DNA from: a virus
Taxonomy: Duplodnaviria > Caudoviricetes
Direction: 5' to 3' (one strand)
IMG/VR virus record: IMGVR_UViG_2920951204_000001
Span: 1 to 64,000 of that record
DNA length: 64,000 bases
Positions within the stretch are counted from its first letter, which is position 1. Every line of letters begins with the position of its first letter. The position numbers were made by a program, and so were the translations under genes. Shown here piece after piece: positions 30,824-43,150 of the stretch. The notes beneath the pieces were generated by a model, which saw only the letters and a program-made list of their open reading frames with translations, made no database searches and was not told where the DNA came from.

Positions 30824-32253
30824 TTAAAACAAATCACATCCTGATTGTTTAAAACTTTCTACTTGTTTATTCCATTTTTCTTCATCCATGTTATACATTT
30901 TCATAAGACACTTCTTACAGTAAAATTTACTGATATCTCTTCCATGATATTTTAAATTCATACCAATAACATCCTTTGCTTTGATTCGCTTCAATTTACC
31001 AGATTGAGACTTGCATCCATTATCACAATATTTGTTAAAATACTGCGCAGCAATTTTCTCATCCAAATTACTATACTTGGCATACTCTTCAATAACCTCT
31101 TTTGTTGGTTCGTTTCTAAACACACCACCATTCCAAGCTTGATTGATATATTCATCTACTGTGCAATTCATAACTAACCATTTTGAATTACTTATAAAGT
31201 CTTCTCTTAAAATATTCTCCCAACGATTTCTCATTGTTGGATACCAATATTTATCAAGAATCCACGTTGATTTGGTGTAGTAGGGGCATGATACGGCACA
31301 GCCAACCCTTGAATATCCTTTTTTATACTTTGAATTTATTTTAATGCTTTTCCATATTGTATATAACCAGACATCCATTTCGTCCCATTTTCTTATTGGT
31401 AGTATTCCCTGCCAACATGTATTTCCCCATTCAGCTTCGTTTACCCATTCATCTTGATATCCGCTTCTAGTATTAGATTCTTCGTTTCGCATACCCATCC
31501 ACATTAAATATGGTTTGTTATGGTCTAAACGCCTAACCATTTCACCTACTTTGAAGATTCTACAACAACCACGAGAAATTCTATTAAATATAATATTTTG
31601 TTCTTTAATATATTGGTAAAATCCCTTCTCAGGATTCATAATCTCACAATTAGGAAAAGTCTTAACCATTCTGTATGTATCAGCACAGTCAAGCGATGTA
31701 TTATTAAATATTGCTTTTGTTTCTGGATATAATTTTCTGACTAGATGACAGGTAAGCATTGAATCCTTACCCATAGAAACAGGAATTATTGAAGTATATG
31801 TATTAAACTTCTCTGCTTTTTCTTTGATTAGTTCTAATGAATCAGCTTCAAGCTGCGTTAGATGTTCTTTCTGTAATTCGATTAAATCTTTCCAACTTGC
31901 TAAATCTACATCTGCTATATTGTCGTAGGATTTCAATTTGGTGCAATCCAATCTTTCATTGGAAATTTTGAACAAATAATAACATAAATGGTAGTTGCAA
32001 ATGCCATAAAATCAAAGAAAGGTAAGGATAATCCTAGGTAAAAGGTTATGTACATAACACTCAGGTATATGAGTGAACCCAATTTACAACGAGTATCTTA
32101 AATTCTTGCGAGATACAACCAAACAGCCATTTGAAGATCTGAAAGAAGGCTACTTTTGGCTTGATAAATCCATTATTAAAGGATTTGATAAGCAAGGAAA
32201 TGAACATAAATTCTATCGAGTGAAGATTGAAAATTCGCTTGAAAGATTGGATT
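30824..32253 (-). pseudogene. PAPS-reductase/DndC-like gene disrupted by an inversion of its 5' end
   Basis: SMGKDS PP-loop, CCRIFK, GMRNEES, RVGCAVSCP in 30824-31947; first 60 codons are on the + strand from 32073; 14-bp inverted repeat 31945-31958/32240-32253; re-inversion gives 433 aa. Confidence 0.88.
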
Positions 32254-32276
32254 CTTGTGTTTTTAACCTTTAATGT

Positions 32277-32483
32277 TTAAACAAAATGATTAATATCCAA
32301 TTTTTTTACTTTGTAAATTGCTTTTAAACGAAATAAATATGATGGATTCCTGCTCAGAAAATCTTTCACTTCGTCTTCTGTATTAAAATCATATTTTACA
32401 TTGTCCCAACTATCAGTATCAGCAGATTCTCCTAACCCATTATATTTATGTCCAATTACAATATAATTCCTATAATCATCCAT
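32277..32483 (-). CDS. Hypothetical protein
   Basis: SD GGAGG. Confidence 0.65.
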   Translation of the reverse strand: MDDYRNYIVIGHKYNGLGESADTDSWDNVKYDFNTEDEVKDFLSRNPSYLFRLKAIYKVKKLDINHFV

Positions 32484-32501
32484 GTTTTTACCTCCAATTT
32501 A

Positions 32502-32978
32502 TTATTCTTCACTTACAATCTCATAAATAATATCATCGTGATATTTACCATTCTTATCTTTAATCGAATCTTTTAAAACATGTTTCGTTCCATTATGTCT
32601 CTCGATAAAGCTATCATATCCTCTACAAGCAGGATTGCCACCAACAGCTCTCCATTCAACTCTATGTAATGTTTTAATTAGTTCTTCTAATTTATCGAAT
32701 ACATCCTTACCAACCAGAACATTCCCCCTGTCAAATGAGAACAACCCAAAGTTATACGCTTTAGACGCATACCAATCAACGGAATATCCTAAGTAGCCAA
32801 TGAGTTTTTCACTTTTGTCAATTATTGCATATTGGAATTGACTCTCATTTGGACATTCTGCAATTTCAGGACTCCAATTGCACATGCAGCCAGTTTCATA
32901 CATCATATCTGTTGTATAATAATATTTTTGAAATTCTTTCTTGATCTGTTCTTTATATAAAATTGCAGGTATTAACAC
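32502..32978 (-). CDS. GNAT/RimJ-like acetyltransferase
   Basis: YAIID..LIGY, LHRVEW...NPA, KNGKYHDDIIYEI pattern. Confidence 0.6.
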   Translation of the reverse strand: MLIPAILYKEQIKKEFQKYYYTTDMMYETGCMCNWSPEIAECPNESQFQYAIIDKSEKLIGYLGYSVDWYASKAYNFGLFSFDRGNVLVGKDVFDKLEELIKTLHRVEWRAVGGNPACRGYDSFIERHNGTKHVLKDSIKDKNGKYHDDIIYEIVSEE

Positions 32979-33026
32979 TTAATCACCTCTTTTCAATAAT
33001 CCAAGGATATGTTGCTTCTTGTGAAG

Positions 33027-33677
33027 TTACTTATAATTCATTCTTCTCTCAACTTCCTTATCATTTTCTTCATCATTAAAATATTTATAGGCAAGTGTCA
33101 TAGGATAATTTGAATCTTTTGCTCTATCCCACATCATAAATTCGCACCAGTTCGGCTCTTTATATTCTTCTTTATTATCATTACACCAACTTGGATTTTC
33201 AAATAATCCATCGAAAACGCTTTTCCAAGAATATTTCTTCCTCTGAATATTTCTATCTTTGATAACAGTTGACTTATCATATCCTTTGATTTCTACAAGA
33301 ATATCTTCACAGCCTACTCTTTTACAAAGTCGTACAAACCATTTCATAAATTCTCTGTAAGTCTGTTCAAATTCTCTGTCTCTTAAAGCTGCGTTTACAA
33401 CAAGGATATATTCGTCCTGTGTTTGTAACCATCCTCTACTACGACTCTTACATCCGTATCTATCTACTAAATTGTTTGTCACTTCGCCGAATTCATCGCA
33501 TGAACATGAACTGTTATAACCATTTTTCTGAATGATATATGTATTCATGTCACCTTCAGAACCTGTTACTCTTGGCAGATGATTTAGCACTGTTTCAAGA
33601 ATATATCTCTTCTCAGGCTGTGTTCTACCCATAGGACGAACTATTATTGTACCGTTGATATAAGTCCAATACGACAT
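33027..33677 (-). CDS. Conserved phage hypothetical protein
   Basis: SD AAGGAGG; 216-aa ORF. Confidence 0.7.
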   Translation of the reverse strand: MSYWTYINGTIIVRPMGRTQPEKRYILETVLNHLPRVTGSEGDMNTYIIQKNGYNSSCSCDEFGEVTNNLVDRYGCKSRSRGWLQTQDEYILVVNAALRDREFEQTYREFMKWFVRLCKRVGCEDILVEIKGYDKSTVIKDRNIQRKKYSWKSVFDGLFENPSWCNDNKEEYKEPNWCEFMMWDRAKDSNYPMTLAYKYFNDEENDKEVERRMNYK

Positions 33678-33733
33678 TTTTTCTTACCTCCTTGTTTTTA
33701 TATTCTCTCTTTGTAACCAAATGAAACCTGAAA

Positions 33734-35243
33734 TTACTTGCTGTTGCAAAGTTCAACTTTATAGTCATCCTTTACATCAATAGTTACTTCTCTCTGAAAT
33801 TTTCCTTCCTTATTATAAAGGGATAAATAATACCTGTTGCCACGTTGCTCTAAAACAACATCCTCATTCTCGAATAGTTCAACTCGTTTCTGTTTCTGTA
33901 CTGATTTATTCTCTTGTTTATCTAAAAACATTTTTACAACATCTAAAGATACAGGATATATTTCTTCAAGAATACATGAAATGTCGTTATCTAATTTGTC
34001 ATTAATCGTATGTTTATCAACCGCTCTAATAACATCGTCTTCAAATAATAATCTATTTGCCACTTTAATATTCTCCTTTCCACTCATCCAACTCATAGAA
34101 GTCATCTATCTGGTAATCCAACTTTCTAACTTGTTTTCTCAGCTCATAATCTTCTTTCTTACTATCTGTTGTCTGGCACTTCTTCCATAATTCATCACGC
34201 TGCTTAGTTAATTCTTTATATTTATCAGACACATCAATCTCTTTTACAACTGAAATTCCAATCTTCTCTCCACAGTGAGGGCAGAACCGAATAGGATAAT
34301 TGTCAGTCTGTTCCCATTCATCTTCGTATGATGTAATAACTTCTGTATGAGAAGTACAGAAATGAGGAATAGGAATACCTTCATCTTTATATTCTCCACC
34401 AATGTCGTTTATATCTTCACCTGTAAATACAATAGCTTTATCATTCTGAATTTCATCACAACAATATGTAAATGGTTTGTACTTGTATGAATGAGTATCA
34501 TTAAATTTCAATTTGATTAATTCTATCTTCATTTCTTTATTCTCCTAACAAAATTCATTCCACCAATCAAAAATTTTATGGATATACTGATAACCATTAT
34601 GCAACTCACCTTTATATCTGCGTATTTTCCTATTAGATAACTGTTTCAAATATTTGCTTTTCTTACCACGATACAATCTTTGATAATATGGCTTTGGATT
34701 TTTAACATAACCAACACCCTTAATCCATATTTCATCCACATATCTAACAGGCGTTGGATAATAACCACCAACAGTTTCATATAAATATTTGAGATGATTT
34801 TGATGTTTTAAATATCTCTCACGTTTATTTATCCTCTTTTTCTTAGAATGATTCTTATAATTTTTTTCGTCTTGTTCATACCAATCACTGCAATGACCAA
34901 AAGAATAAACTTTGCCACCAACTTTATCGCACCAAATACAATTTTCAATATCTTCTTTATCAATATATGATTTATATTTTTCAAAGTCTTCACACCCATA
35001 AGGGCAATCTCTACATCTCATCAAATTACCTCTTGTATTTTATTCTCCTAATTCCCTACCGCACCAAGGACAATACAAAATATATATTTTCTGATGAACA
35101 AATCCATCATCATACTCATCCCATTCAGATGTTTCAATATCCAAATAATGTTCATTTGTTAATGGATCTACACATATTTGACTGTCAGGTGAGTCATGAT
35201 TACAACGGTTACACATACAGTTACCTCGCTTTATCACATTCAT
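33734..35243 (-). other. Four small hypothetical genes (33734-34105, 34065-34532, 34545-35024, 35040-35243), several with CxxC knuckles
   Basis: Tightly packed minus-strand ORFs; FCPHCG, CRDCP, YCPWCG. Confidence 0.65.
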
Positions 35244-36111
35244 TGAAATCTAAAAGCATCTTATACTTATATTCCCCAAATTTTTCTTTCCAACGCTGCC
35301 TTGCTTTATCAGTATCCCAACCAAAAGGCATCATATGATAGTTGATAAGAAAACATATGTCACCAATATCTTCATAAAATATACCTGATAGATTCTCTAA
35401 AATTAAATAGGAACCGATTGCATGATGTTCATGGTAATGAGCTATGCCATTCTCATCAAATGTTTGACAATACATTTTTCCAAAATCGTGTAATAATGCA
35501 GCTATATTATATTTTGCTGGATAGCATTTACTACTAAATAACTCATATGTATGAAATGAGTGATTATATAAATTCATAGTATGATGAGGGTTTTTCTGAT
35601 CAAACCCTTCCATCATAGAAAACATTTCTCCAAGAGTTAAACGATTCTCTTTATGAAATACATTTATCTGAATCTCATCAAATTTTTCTTCGTAAAATGG
35701 GATCTGAAATCTTCTAATCTGTTTATTCAATACTTCATTAGGAACAGGATGCTCACGATTTTTATTATCAATCTTACACTGTTCAAATGGCTTTGGAATA
35801 ATTACACAAACCTTATGTACTTCAAGACCATTCACTTTCATCATAATTGCTCTACGAGATTTCATAGTCAGATTAGTTGCATCAGCAATCACATTCTTTT
35901 TATTCTCTAAATTCTTGCGAATTCTATCGTGAAAAATCTTAAACACTTCTTCGTTATGTTCTTGATCTTCGTAATTACCAGTTAATTCTTCACGAATTGC
36001 ATCTGATGATACAATTATTGTATTTGAATTCTCATTGGCAATCTGAGTGGCAATAGTTGATTTGCCACTACCACTCAAACCACACATAATCCATAGTGTA
36101 GGTTTATTCAT
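35221..36111 (-). CDS. Polynucleotide kinase-HD phosphoesterase (RNA end-healing)
   Basis: GLSGSGKST, DAIR, DATN kinase; LLHDFGK...HH HD domain. Confidence 0.85.
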   Translation of the reverse strand: MNKPTLWIMCGLSGSGKSTIATQIANENSNTIIVSSDAIREELTGNYEDQEHNEEVFKIFHDRIRKNLENKKNVIADATNLTMKSRRAIMMKVNGLEVHKVCVIIPKPFEQCKIDNKNREHPVPNEVLNKQIRRFQIPFYEEKFDEIQINVFHKENRLTLGEMFSMMEGFDQKNPHHTMNLYNHSFHTYELFSSKCYPAKYNIAALLHDFGKMYCQTFDENGIAHYHEHHAIGSYLILENLSGIFYEDIGDICFLINYHMMPFGWDTDKARQRWKEKFGEYKYKMLLDFNECDKAR

Positions 36112-36120
36112 AAATAACTC

Positions 36121-37284
36121 CTATCCGTTATGCTTTAATAAATACTCACGACTTACATTTTTAAAACTCTGCTGCCCATCAATACTGCGATATACAAATC
36201 CCTCTCTCTTAACCTTTGGATTTAATTCACTATATCCATCAGCTTCAAGTTTCATCTCTTCCATAGTCTTAGGTAGCTCATAAGCCGTATCAATAATTGG
36301 CACACTTGTTAATCCATGACTCTTACAGAAAGCAGCCATTTCTACAGTTCCAAGTCTTGTACCATCAATAATCAGATTGAATACAAATAACTTATTCTCC
36401 GTAAATTTATATGGATTGCCCTGAACCGAGCCAACGCCTTCACCTTGTAACACAACTCTGTTATAGTTATTTTCTGTTGCAAACTGTGTAAGAATTTTTT
36501 CAATGTCATATTTATCAGCCAATTCCCAATAAATATTTGACTCATGATAACAAGCCTGTTCTCTATCAGCTTGTCTTACATTTCTACTGCATACAATAAA
36601 ATCAAATTTGTTCTTGCCCTTCTTTAATCTATCAACTGCAAATGTACAGCTTGTGCCATCGCATTTCTCAGTCTTAATCCACTTTTCGGTACTCTGAAGA
36701 TAAAATGGTGCATTCTCAATTCTCGTCTCATCTGTTTTGACAATCCAATCTGGGAACTTCTTTGGATTATCTTTCTTGCGACCAAACAATAAAAACATAA
36801 TCTTACGACCAATGCTATATCTCATAATCCTTCTTACAATTGGGTTAGCGAATAACTTTGGTCTACGCTTTGCCATTGACTTATATTTAGCATTTGGATC
36901 AACCTTATTGGTCTTTCTTGCAGTATCCTCTTCAGAAGCATATGTAATCTTCAAAGCTTCTGTAACATCATCACCAATATTTCTATCATGTAATTCTGGG
37001 AAAAGTGATAATGGTAAGGCTAATCCCTGGCTAATTACCTTGAACTTGCCAAGTTTCATAGTCTTAACTTTGAATTTCTTATTTGCCAAAAATGCAAACC
37101 TCTCATCTGTTTCGGGACACTTGCTATCAATTTCAATATAAACAGCCATATCTCCTACATTAAACTCACCCTTCTTAGCGATACAAACCCATCCTAAAAC
37201 TCCAATGAGTTCAATATTATCAGCTCCTTCAATCGGTCTAATCCACTCAATCTTTTCTACATGTGCTAATGCTCTTTCTGCCAT
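36121..37284 (-). CDS. ATP-dependent RNA ligase (DRB0094-like)
   Basis: N-terminal PIEGADNIE domain, KTDETRI, EKCDGTS, QGE, EGFVYR, FKNVS. Confidence 0.88.
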   Translation of the reverse strand: MAERALAHVEKIEWIRPIEGADNIELIGVLGWVCIAKKGEFNVGDMAVYIEIDSKCPETDERFAFLANKKFKVKTMKLGKFKVISQGLALPLSLFPELHDRNIGDDVTEALKITYASEEDTARKTNKVDPNAKYKSMAKRRPKLFANPIVRRIMRYSIGRKIMFLLFGRKKDNPKKFPDWIVKTDETRIENAPFYLQSTEKWIKTEKCDGTSCTFAVDRLKKGKNKFDFIVCSRNVRQADREQACYHESNIYWELADKYDIEKILTQFATENNYNRVVLQGEGVGSVQGNPYKFTENKLFVFNLIIDGTRLGTVEMAAFCKSHGLTSVPIIDTAYELPKTMEEMKLEADGYSELNPKVKREGFVYRSIDGQQSFKNVSREYLLKHNG

Positions 37285-37386
37285 TTCAGTACCTCTCTTT
37301 CTATTTTCTATGTATTTATTCTCTCTTTATCGTTCAAAAATTCGAAGGAAATGCTTCTTTCTAAGATTGTTTATTACTGGCTTTTT

Positions 37387-39346
37387 TCAAAAAATTTCCA
37401 TATCATCAACATCTTTATCAGTAAGTTTTTTTAGTTTTTCATAACATTTTTCTGTCATCATAAGTGTATTATTCACTAGCAGTATTTTCGTGTTATCTGG
37501 TACAATTTTCATGCCGTATCTTTTCAACCACTTCTTATTAATACGTTTTTTCTTATGGTTTCTTCTTTGAACATCTTTAGTGATATACTCAGTTATGAGG
37601 ATTTTATAACCTAACCCTTCGATTGTTTGTATATTCATTTATTCTCCCATCTGATTTATAATACTTTTCTACATAACTTCCAAATGGTATTCTTCAACAT
37701 ATTTTCTTCTCTTCCAAAACTTCCACCAAGGAAATTTTACATATTTTATTTCTACAACTCGAAATATCTTATCATCATTTTTATCTCTATCTAACCTTAA
37801 AGCAGGTGAACCAAACATTGCTTCGGCTAATTCGTTAATAGAAATATGTTCTCCAAGTTTGTATTCCTGTTTGTGTGGTTGTAGAGGATAATAAGAAATC
37901 ACGTCATGCTGTTGTAATTCATATGATCTCATACTATTGTTCTCCATTCTTCACTACATCAAATTTAATTGGTAACATAGCTGTAAATCTACTCTTCATC
38001 CAAGGTTTTTCTTTTGTTGCAAATTCATCACCAAATTCTTCTGCTAATACAAAATCTCCGACAGTATAGATGATAGAATATCCGGTTAAATCTTTTGGAA
38101 TCTCCTTATTTACATTACAGGCTTTAAGATGAACCATTTTATCTATGCACTCACCCATTAAATCTTGAAAGAATACAAACGTTCCATCACAATTGCAACG
38201 CTGCATTGTAAAATATTCAAAATCTGCATTTGGATTACGCTTGATAATTACATTAAAATAAGGTTTGTCGCCTTTAAGATAAGGAATATCTACTAAAATT
38301 GTTCCATCTTTGGCGCAAGTAACAACCGTAAATAACTCTCGTATATCCTGTTCAATCATGGATTCATATTTATTATTCTCCATACCATTGCACTGACCTG
38401 ATGCAATTCGTTCTTTTACAAATTCTAATGATTTACCCATTGCTATTCTCCTGTTTCTACTCGATCTTCATTCAACAAACCAAATTTTCGTAAATAATAC
38501 TGTTTGGTTTTATCATCAACTCTACAATAAAAATTATGTCTTCCTGATTTCTGTAGAGATAATGTGTTTATATTAAGTTCTGCGTCCATAATAATCAGCA
38601 ATTCATTTAATGTAATATCATAACAATGAAATGTCTCGCCTATCAGAAGCTTATAGTATTTTTTCTCTAATTTTGTTATTTTTCTCACCTACTTTCATGA
38701 CCGCAAGAAACGTGGTTTTACTTAGTTTTATTTTTTAAAACATCATCAATTTGTTTCATTAGAAACTTCTTTGTAGTTGCGTGATAATCAGCGCATCCTG
38801 TTTGCATATCAACAGCTTCCCACCATACACAATGATCAGGTTCATGATAACCAAAATTACTAATTTTGTACCCTTTATACTCGTAGATACCTTTTGATAT
38901 TTTTGTTGCTCCCATGCTTAATCCTCCAAACAACTTTTAAATGAAACCAAAATTTCTTGTTAGTTTTTATCCAAGTAAACTATATTATCTACATTATAAT
39001 GAAATCCACCTATCTCTCCGTTAAAACTACCTTTGACATACCATACATAAGGACTGATACCTTCATTCATTTTATCTGCAAGTTCATCAGCTTTTCTTTG
39101 ATGTTCATCGGCTTCATTTTGCATAGATAATTTTTGAGAATCCCATATAAGATTTGGAATTGTATCTACACACTTTCTATACATTTCAGACTCTTTTATA
39201 TATTCTCTTATCACTTTTGTCATTTTGGGAATATTGTCTTTTAATATCGGCTCATTGCTAAGTTCATATGGATATAGGATTAAAACTCTCTTGTCCATAT
39301 ATTCTGTAGATATTAACTCCTGTACACAAAACTGTGGTTTTACCAA
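37387..39346 (-). other. Six small hypothetical genes (37387-37638, 37669-37947, 37934-38440, 38443-38688, 38718-38933, 38960-39346)
   Basis: Packed minus-strand ORFs with SDs; 38718-38933 is bracketed by repeat sites. Confidence 0.65.
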
Positions 39347-39365
39347 ATTGTCACCTCCCAGATAT

Positions 39366-40100
39366 TTATTCTCTTATTTCAAACAACTTTTCTACTGCTT
39401 TAACTCGTTTTGTATTGTCAATTGTTCTTTTGACTTCCTGTTGCCAAATACATTCCCATTCTGAAGGAGCTTCATGCTCACTGACTAAGACAATATTCCT
39501 TTCACTCATCTTCTCAGCCCAATTCCAAAATCTGTCATAATCAAAGTTCTTACTTGATCCATATTGTTTTGTATTTTTGTATGGAATATCACAGTAAAAC
39601 AAGCAGTCAATTCTATCAGAATATAACTCTTCATAATCTCCACATTGGAACTGAATATCCTGCAATCGTGGAATCTGTTCTAACAAATTCCTTTTAGCTT
39701 CATCGTAGTAATTTCTTTCAGTATCAGCTTTTGTATGAACAATACCTGCATATCCACCATCAAAGAAGCGTCCATTATAACTCGCAAGAAAGCCAACTGC
39801 TCCAATATACCAATCAGGATATGTATTTAATTTCTTGTTAAAGCACTCTCTTACATCTGAGTAATGTTCTTTTGTAATAAATTCTGGGAGATTTTGAATC
39901 TGATTTAGATTTTTGAACATTTCGATAAGATACTTATGATTATCAGATGCGATTTTTATGTCACACTGAACTTTGTCGATTACATTACAACCACCACAAA
40001 ATGGCTCTATATATGTTTTGATATTATAATCTCGCAATCTTTCTTGAATAATTGGTAAAATGTTATCAACTATACGAGATTTTGAACCCATATATTTCAT
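39366..40100 (-). CDS. Dam/D12-class DNA adenine methyltransferase
   Basis: YMGSK, EPFCGG, YCDIPY, LVSE. Confidence 0.9.
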   Translation of the reverse strand: MKYMGSKSRIVDNILPIIQERLRDYNIKTYIEPFCGGCNVIDKVQCDIKIASDNHKYLIEMFKNLNQIQNLPEFITKEHYSDVRECFNKKLNTYPDWYIGAVGFLASYNGRFFDGGYAGIVHTKADTERNYYDEAKRNLLEQIPRLQDIQFQCGDYEELYSDRIDCLFYCDIPYKNTKQYGSSKNFDYDRFWNWAEKMSERNIVLVSEHEAPSEWECIWQQEVKRTIDNTKRVKAVEKLFEIRE

Positions 40101-40168
40101 AAATTACTTGGAGTAAGGAATTCCTTCTTGTGTACACGAACCTCGTCTCCTTTCATTATTATTGCTTA

Positions 40169-41176
40169 TCAAAAAATATTACCTAACAATTCCATTTTCT
40201 TTTCTTTTGAAAACTTCGTCATATTCAAAAAGTTAATCATTTTTTCTGGATTATCTAATGATTTTACATATTTTTTTTGATATTCTTCTGGCATTCGTAA
40301 TATATATTTAGTACCACCATACTTGTCTACTAGGGTTAAATATAAATTATTCAGTACCTTTTTATCTGTCACCAATTCAATATGGTTAATAAGAAAATCA
40401 GTAATTATTGGACGTTGTGGAGCTTTCAAATTACTTACAATTGTCTGTAAAACATCTGGACTCAGTTCCTGATAATGGCATATTTTTGAAAAGTATACTC
40501 CGTTACCATCTTTATTTATTTCTTCTGCTATTTTTACAGCATACTTCTGTGAATTCAATAAAGGATTTCTTAATACAAACTGCCAAGGAATTTCGTCATA
40601 ACATGAAAAATACTTTGTATCAAAAGGGTGTGCAGCCATAGAATAAGTCCAAAACCTCAAATTATTCTCATATGTTTCACCGTTACAATTATAATGTGCA
40701 TACATTGTGTCAAAAAATTTATCTAATAACCTTTCATCCCATTCGTGAGGAAGAACAATGCTTTCTAACTCATCGGGTATTTTAACACCTGCAAAACGCA
40801 ATAGTGAAATAACATCTTTTCGATTGTTATAGAAATTTACATAGATTGACCAAAATAAAGGTACATCATATGTATTCTCATCAAATGTCTTTACAAATAA
40901 CGATTCAATCAATTTGTAAACATTTTCTTCTGAAATCTGATTTGTAATAATCTGTGTTACTTTGTCATTTTCAACAACTACTTTATTTTTCTTCTGTAGT
41001 TCATCATTCTTTTCTAATAACTTTTTAATCTCTTTTCTCAACTCTCTATTTTCACTACTTAGTCGTTTAATCTCGTTTGATGTGTCAGACTGGGCGGATT
41101 CAATGAGATAATTCTTCAGCTCTTCAAATTTTTCATTAAATTCTGTATCGTTCTGCAAATCTCTCGCTCCTTTCAA
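40169..41176 (-). CDS. Hypothetical protein with N-terminal coiled coil
   Basis: 335-aa ORF. Confidence 0.7.
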   Translation of the reverse strand: MKGARDLQNDTEFNEKFEELKNYLIESAQSDTSNEIKRLSSENRELRKEIKKLLEKNDELQKKNKVVVENDKVTQIITNQISEENVYKLIESLFVKTFDENTYDVPLFWSIYVNFYNNRKDVISLLRFAGVKIPDELESIVLPHEWDERLLDKFFDTMYAHYNCNGETYENNLRFWTYSMAAHPFDTKYFSCYDEIPWQFVLRNPLLNSQKYAVKIAEEINKDGNGVYFSKICHYQELSPDVLQTIVSNLKAPQRPIITDFLINHIELVTDKKVLNNLYLTLVDKYGGTKYILRMPEEYQKKYVKSLDNPEKMINFLNMTKFSKEKKMELLGNIF

Positions 41177-41260
41177 TGTATTATTCTCTTAATTATTGTG
41201 ATTTTTGAGCGACTTGCTCTTAGATTTTCCTATGAAACTTCGGTTTACTTTTGTTTATGA

Positions 41261-43087
41261 TTATCTTAAGTATTCTGTTGGAGACGAACCAATTACTAAC
41301 GATCCTAATCCCCATTGATTACAACATACACAATAACTCATAAATTCTTGTACCATATCATTGGTAATAATATAAAAATCATTCGTCTCTATCGCTTTGT
41401 CTAAAATCCAAAAACATACTTCATAAATTGATTTTGTAATATCCCCATATTTAAATTGTTTATCATATCTGAATGTGAGACTTATATTTTTATAAACAGA
41501 ACCAAAAGCTCCATCATCAACTCTAAACGGAATAGAATAAATCATCTTAATTTCAGATAAAGGTTGTTCTTTTATGTCTGAAATTTTATTCTGAACCATT
41601 TCTCTAATACCATTTTTAGGAATAATTACTTGTCCCCACGAAAATTCAACCTTATCTCGACCTTTATTGAACGGATAATTATCTTTTCTTTCAAATTCAT
41701 GATTAAAACTCAAAAATTTTAATATATCTTGAAACGAATAATATTTTAATTCTTTATCCATTTTATTTTCTCCTTTATTAATTCAAAATCTTACTCAACT
41801 TCTTCACAACTTCTTCGCACAATCTATACAAATAAGTTTTCTCAAATTCTATTTTAAAATTGCCAACAGCCTGTCTATATTGCTGACGTAATTTGTTGTC
41901 TATCATGTTATTCGCCGTCATATAATTTAACTGTTCCATCTGAATTATAGATAGGTGTAATTCCAAATCGATAATCTGATCTTTTTACAAAATACATAAC
42001 TTTAGTATTCTTATCATAGAGAACTTCAGTGCGTTCATCATCTTTATAATCACCTTTATAGATTGTTACTAAATCTATATATTTATTTCCAATATCACTA
42101 TTTTCAGGTTCGATGTCACCTTTAGTACATCCAGTCATTCCAAAACACAATGTTAATCCTAATACAACCGCTAAAATTTTCTTCTTCATATGATTTATTC
42201 ACCCAACTCTTTCAATGCATTAACAAGTTCTGCAAGTCTTGGATTTTCAGGATGCTCCTTTGCCATCTTTTCATATAAAGCAATATTATTCATCTTTTCA
42301 ATCTCAGACTTTAGCTCCTTCTCAATAGAAGCTTTCTGCTTTGCAATTTCTTTCTGACGATTTTCCTCATCAATTCTTGCATTGTATGCGTTCATATTAA
42401 CTACGCCAACAACCTGAGCTGTCACACCTTTACCATATTCTTCGACTGCCTTAATTTCTTTTAAAATTCCAAGAACTCTATTGTCTTTTCCTCTCGCATT
42501 TACAATCAGATATAATGGATGATTGGTATCATACTTAACAATTTCATTAATATCTTCATCATATAAAGCAAATCCATAATCCTTCTTGTTGTAATCATCT
42601 ACCAAATTTACAATCGCCACTTTATTAAATCCTGTCATTTTATTATCCTCACTTTCATCTCTAACAATATCTAATTCACTTCTCTTGAACCAATATAATC
42701 CATTGGAACTTGCTGCATTGTACATTCCATCAATCTGAACCGCTATTGATCCACTTGTAGTTTTAATAACTTGTCCATATAAACCAATAATATTTTCTTC
42801 TCTGTATTTTCTTTTATCAGTATATGTAACTTTTACTCGTTGATTTTGATATTCTTCATAATCGTATATCTTGCTCATCGCATCACCTCCTGCTAATATA
42901 TTCTCCAAAGGAAATCTATGATTCATTAGTTTTCTACATTTTTTAACACATGCCATAATTTATTAGTCGTGTCGTTTTCATCGTCATCGACCACCACAAA
43001 CCCTTTATTTTCAAGGGTTTCAACGACCTCTTTTGCGTCTTTTCCATAATATGCCTTAATTTCAGCTATTTTCTTTAATTTTGCCAT
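41261..43087 (-). other. Hypothetical genes including a small lipoprotein (41908-42189), a 253-aa ORF (42195-42956) and a single-gene unit (42926-43087)
   Basis: Lipobox-like GMTGC; packed ORFs with SDs. Confidence 0.6.
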
Positions 43088-43150
43088 TTTTACCTCTTTT
43101 CTAACCCAATGAAATTCCGCTTTCATGCGAACTTCATGTTATGTTATTCT

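Noticed and set aside
24495-41211. Exact 14-mer GTGATTTTTGAGCG at 24495 and 41198
   Set aside because: Only two copies with differing context; cannot be distinguished from chance
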